Notes: generated by a model from the letters alone, not told the origin. Positions 1 to 10,237 are shown, numbered from the stretch's first letter. The stretch is DNA of 64,000 nt from an uncultured Robiginitalea sp. (GCA_964539905.1 CAZIJW010000016.1:606-64605); one strand, 5' to 3'. Numbers and translations are program-made.

Positions 1-660
1 TTCGGATGGGCCCGCCAGGACCGCAAAGACAAGCCAAGGGTCCCGATCGCCGGAAAACTGGTCGCGAAAATGCTGGAGGCTGCAGGGGCTACCCGCATCA
101 TTACCATGGACCTGCACGCCGACCAGATCCAGGGCTTTTTTGAAAAACCCGTCGACCATTTATTCGCTTCCACCCTCTTCCTGCCCTACCTTAAAAAAAT
201 GAACCTGGAGAACCTGACCATCGCTTCTCCCGACATGGGTGGATCCAAAAGGGCCTACGCCTATTCCAAGGCGCTGCAAAGCGACGTGGTGATTTGTTAC
301 AAACAGCGTGCGAAAGCCAACGTCATTGAGCACATGGAACTCATTGGCGAGGTGGAAGATAAAAACGTAGTGATGGTCGATGACATGGTCGATACGGCGG
401 GCACCCTGACCCGGGCGGCCGACCTGATGATGGAACGGGGCGCGCGCAGCGTCCGGGCCATTACGACCCATGGGCTGCTTTCGGGCAATGCCCTGGAGCG
501 CATCGAGAATTCAAAACTGGAGCAATTGATCGTCACCGATTCGATCCCTGTCAAAACGGGGAGCAAAAAAATCGAGGTCCTCAGTTGTGCGGACTTGTTC
601 GCCGATGTGATGCACCGGGTGCACCACAACACTTCCATCGCCTCCAAGTTTATTTTATAA
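1..660 (+). CDS. prs: Ribose-phosphate pyrophosphokinase (5' partial; frame open from base 1)
   Basis: Frame reads FGWARQDRKDKPR from base 1, then MDLHADQIQGFF, SPDMGG and the PRPP-binding VDDMVDTAGT motif. Confidence 0.97.
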   Translation, partial: FGWARQDRKDKPRVPIAGKLVAKMLEAAGATRIITMDLHADQIQGFFEKPVDHLFASTLFLPYLKKMNLENLTIASPDMGGSKRAYAYSKALQSDVVICYKQRAKANVIEHMELIGEVEDKNVVMVDDMVDTAGTLTRAADLMMERGARSVRAITTHGLLSGNALERIENSKLEQLIVTDSIPVKTGSKKIEVLSCADLFADVMHRVHHNTSIASKFIL

Positions 661-684
661 GTATTTATTAATTCAAACCAGATA

Positions 685-1332
685 ATGAAATCAATTACAA
701 TCAAAGGATCCCAAAGAGAAAGCGTGGGCAAGAAATCGAGTAAAGCCCTACGTAATGCTGGAAAGGTCCCTTGCGTAGTATACGGGGGGGAAGCACCATT
801 GCACTTTTCAGCAGAAGAACTGTCATTCAAAGACCTGGTGTATACGCCCAATGCACATACCGTGGTCATTGAACTCGACAACGGCACCCGCGTAAACGCC
901 GTAATGCAGGACATCCAGTTCCACCCGGTAACCGACAGCATCCTGCACGTGGATTTCTATCAACTGTTCGAAGACAAACCGGTGACCCTGAACATTCCGG
1001 TGCGCCTGGTGGGAAATTCCCCCGGGGTGCGCAACGGGGGGCGCCTGCTGTTCCGCTACCGCAAGTTGCTGATCAAAGCCCTGCCGGCCAAGCTGCCTGA
1101 TTTCTTCAATGTGGACATCTCCAAACTCAGGATTGGGGACCTCATTACCGTAGAATCCCTGAAAAGCGACGATTTCACCATCCTCCACCCCGACAGTACT
1201 GTTGTGGTACAGGTGAAAATGGCCCGTACTGCTGTACTGGTGGCCGATGAGGATGAAGAAGAGGCCGAAGGGGAAGAGACCGGGGCTGAGGCTCAGGTTG
1301 CCGAGGCTCCTGCAGAGGAAACCAACGAATAG
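685..1332 (+). CDS. rplY: 50S ribosomal protein L25 / general stress protein Ctc
   Basis: [36 protein letters not shown], acidic C-terminal tail; prs-rplY-pth synteny. Confidence 0.97.
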   Translation: MKSITIKGSQRESVGKKSSKALRNAGKVPCVVYGGEAPLHFSAEELSFKDLVYTPNAHTVVIELDNGTRVNAVMQDIQFHPVTDSILHVDFYQLFEDKPVTLNIPVRLVGNSPGVRNGGRLLFRYRKLLIKALPAKLPDFFNVDISKLRIGDLITVESLKSDDFTILHPDSTVVVQVKMARTAVLVADEDEEEAEGEETGAEAQVAEAPAEETNE

Positions 1333-1355
1333 GGCAGTTCCCTTACGTTTTAAAG

Positions 1356-1390
1356 CATCCCCCCCGGTTTTCGGTGGGGATGTTTTTTTT
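1356..1390 (+). terminator. Intrinsic terminator after rplY
   Basis: CATCCCCCCCG-GTTTT-CGGTGGGGATG stem (1 mismatch) followed by T8. Confidence 0.85.
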
Positions 1391-1476
1391 ATCTTCAACC
1401 AAACCGAATTCCATTGAACCGTTGGTTGTCGCGGTGGTTCCCTCAGGGACCCACATTTTTGAAAGAAGAAGATGCC

Positions 1477-2043
1477 ATGAAAAAATACCTGATCGCCGGC
1501 CTGGGCAATATCGGGGAAGAATACCGGCATACCCGCCACAATATCGGGTTCCAGGTCCTGGACCTCCTTGCCGGGGAGGCCGGGTTTTCCTTTGAACCAG
1601 ACCGCCTTGGCGAAGTAGGCCAGTTTCGGCTCAAGGGGCGTTCAATCCTGTGCCTGAAACCTTCCACTTATATGAACCGCAGCGGGAAGGCCGTAAAATA
1701 CTGGCTGGAAAAGGAAAAAATCCCGCTGGAACATTTGCTTGTGGTCACCGATGACCTCAACCTCCCCTTCGGGACCCTGCGCCTGAAAACCCGGGGCAGC
1801 GACGGCGGGCACAACGGACTGAAGGACATCCAGCAGGTGCTCGGCACTACTGAATATTCAAGGTTCCGCTTCGGGATCGGGGCGGAGTACAACAAGGGAC
1901 AGCAGGTCGACTACGTGCTGGGCAACTGGAACGAAACCGAAAAGGAAACCCTCCCGGAAAGGCTCCGGCGCAGCTGCGAGCTGATCCGGTCTTTCGTTTT
2001 GGCAGGCCCGGGCCTGACCATGAATACCTTTAACGGTACCTGA
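1477..2043 (+). CDS. pth: Peptidyl-tRNA hydrolase
   Basis: LIAGLGNIGEEY..TRHNIGF, KPSTYMNRSG, GGHNGLKDI; start set at ATG 1477 (MKKYLIAG). Confidence 0.97.
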   Translation: MKKYLIAGLGNIGEEYRHTRHNIGFQVLDLLAGEAGFSFEPDRLGEVGQFRLKGRSILCLKPSTYMNRSGKAVKYWLEKEKIPLEHLLVVTDDLNLPFGTLRLKTRGSDGGHNGLKDIQQVLGTTEYSRFRFGIGAEYNKGQQVDYVLGNWNETEKETLPERLRRSCELIRSFVLAGPGLTMNTFNGT

Positions 2044-2727
2044 TCAGAGGGCGCGGAAGGAGTACAATCCCGACAGGGAAGTATTTCCCCGGGCATCCCG
2101 GGAAAGGACCTGCCAGTAATACACCCCGCCCGGGGTTACCGGCACCCTGAATTGGCTTGCCGGATGGTTCAGGGTCGTTATCAGGGTGAGGGCAGAAGGG
2201 TCTTCCCCCAGATACACCTCGCTTTCCCTCAGGTCATTGTCGACATCGGCCAACTCCCACCGCAACAGGACCTGCCCCTCGCTGTCGGGCAGCACGGAAG
2301 CCCCCGAGGCCGGTTCAAGTACCCGTGCCGGGAAGGGGGGATAGAATTGGGAAGCGCCCGCATTGAAAAACTGCCAGACCGGGCCGGGGGTTTCCTTCCC
2401 GCTTTCCTGGTTGATGGCCGTCACCTGCCAGGAATAGGGCGTCCCTTTCTGCAGGACCACCGCCAGGCTGAGCCCGGAGGTCACCTGCCGCTGGGTGTTT
2501 GACGTCCCCAGGTGGGTTACGACCACTTCATAACGGTCGGCATTGGAGGATGCCTGCCACCTGAAGGTTACCTCGCTGGTGGTCTCGCTAACGGAAACCC
2601 CGGTAACGCAAAGGGAGTTGTTGCCCGGGAAGACCGGGCTCACCGGACCCGGGGCTGCCGGCGGGTCATCCTTGCCACACCCCCACAAAAGGGCCAAGCA
2701 CAGGCCCATGTACAGGATATTTCTCAT
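2044..2727 (-). CDS. Lipoprotein with fibronectin-III/SusE-like beta-sandwich repeats
   Basis: Lipobox LLWGC; two FN3-like segments (TYSWQVTAIN, YYWQVLSRD); 4-nt overlap with upstream protease. Confidence 0.75.
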   Translation of the reverse strand: MRNILYMGLCLALLWGCGKDDPPAAPGPVSPVFPGNNSLCVTGVSVSETTSEVTFRWQASSNADRYEVVVTHLGTSNTQRQVTSGLSLAVVLQKGTPYSWQVTAINQESGKETPGPVWQFFNAGASQFYPPFPARVLEPASGASVLPDSEGQVLLRWELADVDNDLRESEVYLGEDPSALTLITTLNHPASQFRVPVTPGGVYYWQVLSRDARGNTSLSGLYSFRAL

Positions 2728-5700
2728 TCGCGGTAGACTTTATAGGTGGTTTCCCTGCCCTTCTGGGTGACCCGCAACAGGTACAGGCCTGTGGGTAATG
2801 CCCCAAGCTCCAGGCGTACCCTCGCGTCCGAGTCGGGCAGGCGTCGACCCTTCCAGACCAGTGCGCCGGCAGCGTTGAAAACCGCAATATCCACAGGTCC
2901 ATCGGGCCTGGGGACAATGAGTTCCAGGGCTTCGGTAAAAGGGTTGGGCGATAGCAGGGGTTGATCGGCCCGAAGGAATTCCGCTTCATAAGATCCCCTG
3001 CAGGCGGGAATACCTTCTACCCTTAGCTGGTTGAACCCCTTTTCCAGTTCCAGGGTAAACACCGGACCCTTAACCGTCCGGGAGTTGCCATTGAGGGTTA
3101 CTTCAAACAATTCCGCCCCGTCGAGCAGCAGTTCCACCGAGGAGTAGTCCGGGGCGGCAAAGGCCTGCACGCTCAACGGATCAGGGCTGCCGATGACTAC
3201 CTGGAAACACTGGGGCTCATATGCGTTGGCCCCGTCGCTGCCCCCGAGGCACACCTCGTAGGATCCCGGGCGCAGCCCCTCAACGTCGTAGGTGGTGGTG
3301 AAGCCCTCCGACAGGTTGGTGCCGTTGCCCGTTACCGCTATACTATAGTCAAAGGATTGAGAAGCGGTTACCGCTATAGAACCATCGCCTGCCCCGATAC
3401 AGCTTTCCGTCGACACCAAAATTTCAAACCGGTCCGATGGGAAGCGCAGTACCTCACAGCCATTGGCGTCCACCTCAGCCCCGGGGGGCGTGCCCGGGCA
3501 CAGGTCGTCGCCGTCATCGAAAACCCCATCGCCATCCTCGTCGGGCCTGAAGGCGCCTTCCACGCATAATTCAAGGGAAAAGCCCAGGAGTTGCCCCCCG
3601 TCATTGTCGGCCCCGTCTTCGATGGTGAGGACCCATTCCCCAAAACTGGATTCCCCCACAAAGGAATTCAGGGAACCCGAGGGCCTTACGGTCCCGGAAA
3701 TAGCGGGGTTGTTGGCACATACGAAAGGGGGTGCCTCTGAGTCGAAGGTGGCATTGATGTCGTTGGCCTCCCCACAGGCGTTCGAGACAAGGGTCACACG
3801 GGTCCCCTGGGGGGAGGTCAGGCTGATCACGAGGTCGGCCAGGTAGCTGTGGGTGAGTTCGAGGTTCACCTTCACCCCTAACAGGGGCCGGTTGTCGGGG
3901 ATGGTCAGGGAGGCGGTCACCGTTGGCGTACCCGTGGCCGGGATCGGTACCGGCAGGCCTGAGGCAGTGAGGGTTTTGCAATCGGACTGCAAGGTGCTGA
4001 AACTGAACGGGGTGCCGAAAACCCCTTCGCCGCAGGCGTTCAGGGGCCTGATCCTCCAGAAATACACCGTGTTTTCCTGCAGCCGTCCCGGCGCATAACT
4101 CGTAGTGTAAACGCGCTGGCTGGCGATCGGGCTGGCAAATGTAGGCTCTGTGGCCAGTTCCAGGTCATAGGCGGTATACTCCGTTGCCCCTTCCCACTCA
4201 AGCAGCGGAAAGAGCCCCACTTCCTCGGCCGCATCCGCCGGGGAAAGCAGCGTTGCCGGCCGGAAAGCCCCGCTGCCCAGGCGCACTTCCAAAGGGACCG
4301 ATACCGTTGTAACCCCGTCGATTCCGATAACTTCGAACGGATAGGTTCCCGCAGGCACGGAGTCGGTATTGCTCAGGGTGAGGCGTAACCGGGTGTCATC
4401 GACCTGCACGGTATCTACGGAAAAGGTTGCCTGAAGGCCTTCCGGAAGGCCGGTAACGCCGAGGGCCACAGGCTCCTCAAAGCCCCCGAAGGTCTGGTAG
4501 GTAAAATCGAAGACGGCATCTGAAGGCTGGCAGGCCTGGGCCTGCAGGGCATCGAAATACAGGAGGAACGGCCGTTCGGCGATTTCGAAATCCGTACTAT
4601 TCAGCGCAAAGAAAATATTATCCGCTGCCCGGACCACAAACCGCCCGGAGGGGGTGGGCACCCTGGGGATTTGCACGCGGGCCGATCCGGTATTCGGAAG
4701 GTTGGAAGCGATCTTCAGGGGGAAGCTCAGCCCTCCGTCAGCGGACAGGTAGAGGTCCACCAACTGGGCATTGATGGGGGCGCCACCGGTGCCGGCCACA
4801 TCCCAGGATACCTCCTGCACGCTCCCCATTTCGAATGTTTCCGCCTGCGATTGGGAGAGCACCCGGAACGGGCCCGCATCTTCCCTGACGGTAACGGTCG
4901 ACACTTCAGAGGTGACCTGCCCGCCCCCGGGGGCATTGTCGCGGACCGTCAGTGCAAAATTCAGCTCCCTCCCAATGGTGGCGACCGTTTCCCATGCCGT
5001 TCCCGGCAGGGGGTCGGTCTGGGTGAGGTTGCCCGAGGCCACCCGGCTGAGCAGGGGGAAAAACCGCCTGGGCTCCGTCACGGGCCTGCGCGAGCGAAAA
5101 TTTGCCCCCGCCGGATTCTCCGGGCCAAAAGAGTCCCGGGTGACGACGCCGTCATCGATCTGCTCCCAGGCATAGGTAAGGACGTCTGTCGGGTTGGCAT
5201 CCGTGGCGGCCCCTTCCAGGACGAAAGCCGTCCCCCGGGGGATCACAAAATCGGGGACCGGGGTGATCACCGGGGGGGTATTGGCCAGGGGGGTCAGGGC
5301 CGCACAACTGGTGCCCGAAACGTACTGGCTGATCTGCAAGATGCTGTAATAATGGAAATAATCATCGCCCACCGATTGCACATCGTCATTTTGGGTGATC
5401 CCGGCATACCCCATGATGGTGGACCCGCTGCCTGGCTCGGCCTGTACCCCCGTGCCCTCCGACTGAAACGACCAGGTGTGGTTCGCCCCCAGCTGGTGGC
5501 CCATTTCATGGGCGACAAAGTCGAGGTCGAACCGGTCCCCTTCGGGCGTTACGTTCCGGGCAAAGGCACTTCCCTTGCGGCCATCGACGCAGACCGATCC
5601 GATAAAGCCGGCATTCCCGGAGTCGCCCCCCTGGTCGAAGAGGTGGCCGAGGTCATACTCCGGGGCCCCGATGAGGGAGTCCAGTGCCTGTTGTACCTCG

Positions 5701-6512
5701 CTGTTGGGGCTGGATTCAAATGGGTCCGTTTCCGGGTCCGTAAAAATGACCCGGTCATTATCGGGGACGAGTTCCAGGGCTATGGCGAGGTCCCGCTCAA
5801 AGACTTCATTGACCCGGGTCAGGGTGGCATTGATGGCGGCAAGGGCATCTGCTACCGTACCCCCGTGGTATTGTGTGTACTCGCCGCTGGCGGCAATGGC
5901 CACGCGGTACCGCCTGAGCTGCTGGTCGTCCACCAGTTGCGCCGCAGTGGCCGGGGGGAGGTCCTTGCCGGTTTCTGAGGGCGTCTTGCACTTCCACCCC
6001 TGTTCTGTGGGTTGGAGGGCTGACCGGGCGAACAAGAGGTAGGTGCCCGGCCGGTCCGGGTCCTTTTCCAAATACAGGGTCTGGTTTTCGGAGGGGTCAG
6101 TTACGGTGGCCTGCAGCCCCTTGTGTGAGAAACTGAACCGGACCCGGGCCGGGTTGCCCTCCATCCCGTACCCGATAAAGGAACGGATGCCCGGGTACCG
6201 CCGCTGGAGCTCAGGGGCCATCACCGGGTTCTCCCGAACCCGATAGTTTTGCAGCCTTCCGGAGGCATCGGGGAAAGACAGGACCACTTCACCCATCCCA
6301 CCGGGTGGAAGGGCTTCGAGTTGTCTGCGGAAAGGCGTTTCACTGAGCACGAACGCCTGGGCCGACCGGGGCTTGAGGACCCGGCCGGAAAGGGTGGGAC
6401 GGGCCTGTACCTGGACACTGTTTTCCCAATAGATACCGGTCTGTTGGGCGCTCAAAGATAAACAGGCAAAAAGTAAGGGAATTGAAAGAACAAGACGTAA
6501 CTTTGTCTTCAT
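2724..6512 (-). CDS. Reprolysin-like (M12B) zinc metalloprotease with proprotein convertase P-domain, TSP3 Ca-binding repeat and T9SS C-terminal sorting domain
   Basis: Signal peptide MKTKLRLVLSIPLLFACLSLSA at ATG 6512; HEMGHQLGANH zincin motif with GSTIMGY Met-turn; P-domain (HSYLADLVISLTSPQGT); DEDGDGVFDDGDDLCPGTP; CTD (SPNPF...LPTGLYLLRV). Confidence 0.9.
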   Translation of the reverse strand: MKTKLRLVLSIPLLFACLSLSAQQTGIYWENSVQVQARPTLSGRVLKPRSAQAFVLSETPFRRQLEALPPGGMGEVVLSFPDASGRLQNYRVRENPVMAPELQRRYPGIRSFIGYGMEGNPARVRFSFSHKGLQATVTDPSENQTLYLEKDPDRPGTYLLFARSALQPTEQGWKCKTPSETGKDLPPATAAQLVDDQQLRRYRVAIAASGEYTQYHGGTVADALAAINATLTRVNEVFERDLAIALELVPDNDRVIFTDPETDPFESSPNSEVQQALDSLIGAPEYDLGHLFDQGGDSGNAGFIGSVCVDGRKGSAFARNVTPEGDRFDLDFVAHEMGHQLGANHTWSFQSEGTGVQAEPGSGSTIMGYAGITQNDDVQSVGDDYFHYYSILQISQYVSGTSCAALTPLANTPPVITPVPDFVIPRGTAFVLEGAATDANPTDVLTYAWEQIDDGVVTRDSFGPENPAGANFRSRRPVTEPRRFFPLLSRVASGNLTQTDPLPGTAWETVATIGRELNFALTVRDNAPGGGQVTSEVSTVTVREDAGPFRVLSQSQAETFEMGSVQEVSWDVAGTGGAPINAQLVDLYLSADGGLSFPLKIASNLPNTGSARVQIPRVPTPSGRFVVRAADNIFFALNSTDFEIAERPFLLYFDALQAQACQPSDAVFDFTYQTFGGFEEPVALGVTGLPEGLQATFSVDTVQVDDTRLRLTLSNTDSVPAGTYPFEVIGIDGVTTVSVPLEVRLGSGAFRPATLLSPADAAEEVGLFPLLEWEGATEYTAYDLELATEPTFASPIASQRVYTTSYAPGRLQENTVYFWRIRPLNACGEGVFGTPFSFSTLQSDCKTLTASGLPVPIPATGTPTVTASLTIPDNRPLLGVKVNLELTHSYLADLVISLTSPQGTRVTLVSNACGEANDINATFDSEAPPFVCANNPAISGTVRPSGSLNSFVGESSFGEWVLTIEDGADNDGGQLLGFSLELCVEGAFRPDEDGDGVFDDGDDLCPGTPPGAEVDANGCEVLRFPSDRFEILVSTESCIGAGDGSIAVTASQSFDYSIAVTGNGTNLSEGFTTTYDVEGLRPGSYEVCLGGSDGANAYEPQCFQVVIGSPDPLSVQAFAAPDYSSVELLLDGAELFEVTLNGNSRTVKGPVFTLELEKGFNQLRVEGIPACRGSYEAEFLRADQPLLSPNPFTEALELIVPRPDGPVDIAVFNAAGALVWKGRRLPDSDARVRLELGALPTGLYLLRVTQKGRETTYKVYRE

Positions 6513-6560
6513 TAACCGGCATTTGCTGCACAAAATACGCCTTTTTATTATTTTGTATAC

Positions 6561-7493
6561 GTGATCACCGTTCAAGGTCTTACCAACTACGACAACCCGC
6601 AGCCCAGTATCGTCACCATTGGAACATTCGATGGGGTACACATCGGGCACCGCAGGATCCTGGAACGGCTCATGGAGGAAGGACAGCGGCTGCACCTGCA
6701 GGCAACCCTGCTCACCTTTTTCCCCCACCCCAGGATGGTCCTCCAGAAAGACCGGCAGATCAAACTCCTGAACACCATTGAGGAGAAGTCCGACATCCTC
6801 GGCCAGCTCGGCCTTGACCGCCTGGTCATACATCCCTTCACCAGAAAATTTTCCCGCCTTACCGCCACGGAATTTGTTCGCGATATCCTGGTCGGCAGGC
6901 TGCAGGCCAAAAAGGTGATCATCGGCTACGACCATCGGTTCGGGAGGAACCGCAATGCGAGTATTGAAGATTTAAGGAGTTTCGGGAACCTCCTCGGGTT
7001 TGAAGTGGAAGAGATCCCGGCCCAGGAGGTCGACGAGGTCTCGGTAAGCTCCACCAAGATCCGAACCGCCCTGGAAGCCGGGGACCTTGAAACAGCCAAC
7101 GCCTACCTGGGTTATGCCTATATGCTCTCCGGCACCGTGGAGCGGGGCAAAGGCCTGGGGCGCGACCTGGGGTTCCCCACGGCCAACCTGAAGGTCGGGG
7201 CCGACTACAAGCTCATCCCCGCGGGGGGGGTATACCTCATCCGCTGTGACCTTGGCGGACGGGAGGTCTTCGGGATGATGAACATCGGCACCAACCCCAC
7301 CGTAGACGGCAGCCGCCAGCACATCGAGGTCCATTTTTTCGAGTACCGGGGCGACCTCTACGGCGCTTCCCTCAGGGTCCATTTGCTCAGCCGCCTGCGG
7401 GATGAACAAAAGTTCGCTTCCCTGGAGGCGCTGAAAGCCCAACTGGGCCGCGACCAGGCCCGGGCACGGGAGCTCATCGGAAAACGGCCATGA
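6561..7493 (+). CDS. ribF: Bifunctional riboflavin kinase / FAD synthetase
   Basis: TIGTFDGVHIGH, IGYDHRFG, VSSTKIR, LGFPTAN, NIGTNPT, IEVHFF. Confidence 0.97.
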   Translation: MITVQGLTNYDNPQPSIVTIGTFDGVHIGHRRILERLMEEGQRLHLQATLLTFFPHPRMVLQKDRQIKLLNTIEEKSDILGQLGLDRLVIHPFTRKFSRLTATEFVRDILVGRLQAKKVIIGYDHRFGRNRNASIEDLRSFGNLLGFEVEEIPAQEVDEVSVSSTKIRTALEAGDLETANAYLGYAYMLSGTVERGKGLGRDLGFPTANLKVGADYKLIPAGGVYLIRCDLGGREVFGMMNIGTNPTVDGSRQHIEVHFFEYRGDLYGASLRVHLLSRLRDEQKFASLEALKAQLGRDQARARELIGKRP

Positions 7494-8833
7494 CCCGCCT
7501 GCTTTTTTCGCGCATCGACAACACCCCGCTGATCCTTTTCCGGGTTTTTTTTGGCATCCTGATCAGCCTGGAATGTTTCGGGGCGCTGGCCACCGGCTGG
7601 GTGCGGACCAACCTGGCAGAACCCGAATACACCTTTCCCTTTATCGGGTTTGAATGGCTGCAAGCCCTTGCCGGGCCCGGGATGTACCTCTACTTTTTCC
7701 TGATGGGCTGCCTGGGCATCGCGGTCACCCTGGGGTACCGGTACCGCCTGAGCATGGCTGCCTTCACCCTGCTATGGACCGGGGCCTACCTGATGCAGAA
7801 AACCTCCTACAACAACCACTATTACCTTCTGGTCCTGGTAAGCGCCCTGATGTGTTTCTTCCCGGCCCACCGCGACTTCAGCCTCGACAGCCGCAGGAAC
7901 CCGGCCCTGAGGGAACACCATATGTACGCCCTGGTGAAATGGGTCGTCATCGGGCAGCTGTTGGTCGTCTACACCTATGCCGCCATCGCCAAGCTGTATG
8001 GCGACTGGTTCGATTTCAGCGTGATTGCCCGGCTCATGGAACCGAAAAAGGATTATGTCCTGATCGGGTCGCTGCTCCAGGACCCCCGGATCCACCAGGC
8101 CATCGGGTTTTTCGGGATTGCCTTCGATTTCCTCGTCATCCCCCTGTTGCTTTTTAAGCCCACCCGCAAAGCGGCTTTTGCCGCCTCCCTGTTTTTCCAT
8201 GGCTTCAATTCCATCGTCTTCCAAATCGGTATCTTCCCCTTCCTGTCCCTGGCCTTTACGGTCTTTTTCTTCGAGGGGGAAACCCTGCGCAGTATCTTTT
8301 TCCGCAGGAAACCAAACCCTGTTCCCCCACCCTTCAAAAAACCCCGCTGGGCCGGGGCTGCCACCCTAATCCTCAGCCTGTATTTTATCGTGCAGGTAGT
8401 CCTGCCCGTCAGGCACCACTTTATTGAGGGGAATGTGCTATGGACCGAAGAGGGGCACCGGCTCAGCTGGCGCATGATGCTGCGCGTGCGCAGCGGCAAC
8501 GTCCGGTTCAGGGTGGTTGACCGGGAGACCGGCGAATCCTGGCGGGTTTCCCCCGCAGACTGGGTGACCCCCAAACAGGTCCGGAAGGTCGCGGCTTACC
8601 CCGATTTCGCCTGGCAATTCGCCCAAATCCTCAAAGGACACTACGCCGCGAAGGGGCAAAAGGTGGCGGTGTATGCCGAGGGCCGGGTACAGGTCAACGA
8701 CCATGCCCCGGCCCCCCTTATCGACCCGGAAACGGACCTGGCTTCTGAACCCTGGGACCCCTGGAGGCACCACCCCTGGATCCTTCCCTCCCCTGCCCGC
8801 ATGCATGCTGGCAACCCGCCTTCCGGGGAATAA
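7490..8833 (+). CDS. HTTM-domain membrane protein (vitamin K-dependent gamma-carboxylase-like)
   Basis: Multiple TM helices; LFRVFFG, YNNHYYL, YTYAAIAKLYGDW, GHRLSWRMML motifs. Confidence 0.85.
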   Translation: MTRLLFSRIDNTPLILFRVFFGILISLECFGALATGWVRTNLAEPEYTFPFIGFEWLQALAGPGMYLYFFLMGCLGIAVTLGYRYRLSMAAFTLLWTGAYLMQKTSYNNHYYLLVLVSALMCFFPAHRDFSLDSRRNPALREHHMYALVKWVVIGQLLVVYTYAAIAKLYGDWFDFSVIARLMEPKKDYVLIGSLLQDPRIHQAIGFFGIAFDFLVIPLLLFKPTRKAAFAASLFFHGFNSIVFQIGIFPFLSLAFTVFFFEGETLRSIFFRRKPNPVPPPFKKPRWAGAATLILSLYFIVQVVLPVRHHFIEGNVLWTEEGHRLSWRMMLRVRSGNVRFRVVDRETGESWRVSPADWVTPKQVRKVAAYPDFAWQFAQILKGHYAAKGQKVAVYAEGRVQVNDHAPAPLIDPETDLASEPWDPWRHHPWILPSPARMHAGNPPSGE

Positions 8834-8891
8834 TCCCCCTTTAACAATTGGCGATTTGTCGCTACCTTTGGGGCCGAAACCGTTGAACACC

Positions 8892-10163
8892 ATGCTGCCA
8901 TTACAATCCATCCGCGAAGGAGCCGAAGCACTGGCCAACGCCCTTGACAAAAGGGGCCTTGATGCCCGCCCCCTGCTCTCCAAAGCCCTGGGACTGGACC
9001 AGGAGCGCCGGAACCTGCAAACCCGCCTGGACCAAACCCTGGCCGAGGCCAACCGGCTGTCGAAGGAGATCGGGGTGCTTTTCAAATCCGGAAAAGGGGA
9101 AGAAGCCCAGGCGCTCCGGGAAGAATCCACGCGCCTGAAGGAATTGGCAAAGGAGCTGCAGGACCAGTTGGGAACAGCGGCAGAAGCCCTGCAGGAAACC
9201 CTCTACCTGCTGCCCAACATCCCCCACGCTTCCGTTCGGCCGGGGCAAAGCGAGGCAGACAATGAAACCATTTTCGAGTCGGGGAAGATCCCCAGCCTGC
9301 CCGAAGGGGCCCTGCCCCATTGGGAACTCGCAAAAAAGTACGACCTGATCGATTTTGAACTCGGCGTAAAAATAACCGGGGCCGGCTTTCCGGTCTATAA
9401 GGGCAGGGGGGCCCGCCTGCAACGCGCCCTGATCTCCTATTTCCTCGACTGCAATACCGCGGCCGGGTACCAGGAACTCCAGGTGCCGCACCTCGTCAAC
9501 GAAGCATCGGGATATGGCACGGGCCAGCTCCCCGACAAGGAAGGGCAGATGTACCAGGTGCCGGAAGACGGCCTGTACCTGATCCCCACCGCTGAGGTCC
9601 CCGTGACCAACCTGTTGCGGGACGTCATCCTGGAACGGTCGGAACTCCCCGTAAAATACACCGCCTATTCCCCCTGTTTCCGGAGGGAAGCGGGAAGCTA
9701 CGGGGCCCACGTGCGCGGCCTCAACCGCCTGCACCAGTTTGACAAGGTGGAAATCGTGCGGGTGGAAGAACCGGAAAATTCCTATGCAGCCCTCGAGGCC
9801 ATGGTGGAACATGTAAAGGGCATCCTCGATGCCCTCGGGCTGCCGTACCGCATCCTCAGGCTCTGCGGGGGAGACCTTGGGTTCACCTCGGCCCTCACCT
9901 ACGATTTCGAGGTGTATTCCACCGCCCAGGAGCGCTGGCTGGAAGTCAGTTCGGTTTCCAATTTCGAAGCCTTCCAGGCCAACCGGCTGAAACTGCGCTA
10001 CCGCGATTCCGGGAACAAGCCGCAACTGGCCCATACCCTCAACGGCAGTGCCCTGGCCCTCCCCAGGATCCTGGCCGGGATCCTGGAAAACTACCAGGAT
10101 GCCGAAGGGATCCGCATCCCGGAAGTCCTGGTGCCGTACACGGGCTTCGACCGCATCGGGTAA
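8892..10163 (+). CDS. serS: Serine--tRNA ligase
   Basis: LPNIPH, LIPTAEVP, CFRREAGSYG, RGLNRLHQFDKVE, EVSSVSNF, HTLNGSALA; start set at ATG 8892. Confidence 0.97.
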   Translation: MLPLQSIREGAEALANALDKRGLDARPLLSKALGLDQERRNLQTRLDQTLAEANRLSKEIGVLFKSGKGEEAQALREESTRLKELAKELQDQLGTAAEALQETLYLLPNIPHASVRPGQSEADNETIFESGKIPSLPEGALPHWELAKKYDLIDFELGVKITGAGFPVYKGRGARLQRALISYFLDCNTAAGYQELQVPHLVNEASGYGTGQLPDKEGQMYQVPEDGLYLIPTAEVPVTNLLRDVILERSELPVKYTAYSPCFRREAGSYGAHVRGLNRLHQFDKVEIVRVEEPENSYAALEAMVEHVKGILDALGLPYRILRLCGGDLGFTSALTYDFEVYSTAQERWLEVSSVSNFEAFQANRLKLRYRDSGNKPQLAHTLNGSALALPRILAGILENYQDAEGIRIPEVLVPYTGFDRIG

Positions 10164-10215
10164 GGCAGGGGCCGCCCTTTTGAGAATCTTAACGCCGGGC
10201 AGGGCTTCAAGTTCG

Positions 10216-10223
10216 TATCTTTG
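10216..10223 (+). promoter_or_regulatory. Bacteroidota -7 promoter element (TATCTTTG)
   Basis: Exact TAnnTTTG 14 nt before the GTG start at 10238. Confidence 0.65.
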
Positions 10224-10237
10224 CGAAAAGCCCTGCT

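Noticed and set aside
6513-6935. N-terminal extension of the M12B protease ORF across ribF
   Set aside because: Overlaps ribF on the opposite strand; a clear signal peptide starts at ATG 6512
8673-8891. Extended serS N-terminus overlapping HTTM
   Set aside because: Pro-rich junk sequence; the SerS coiled-coil begins at ATG 8892
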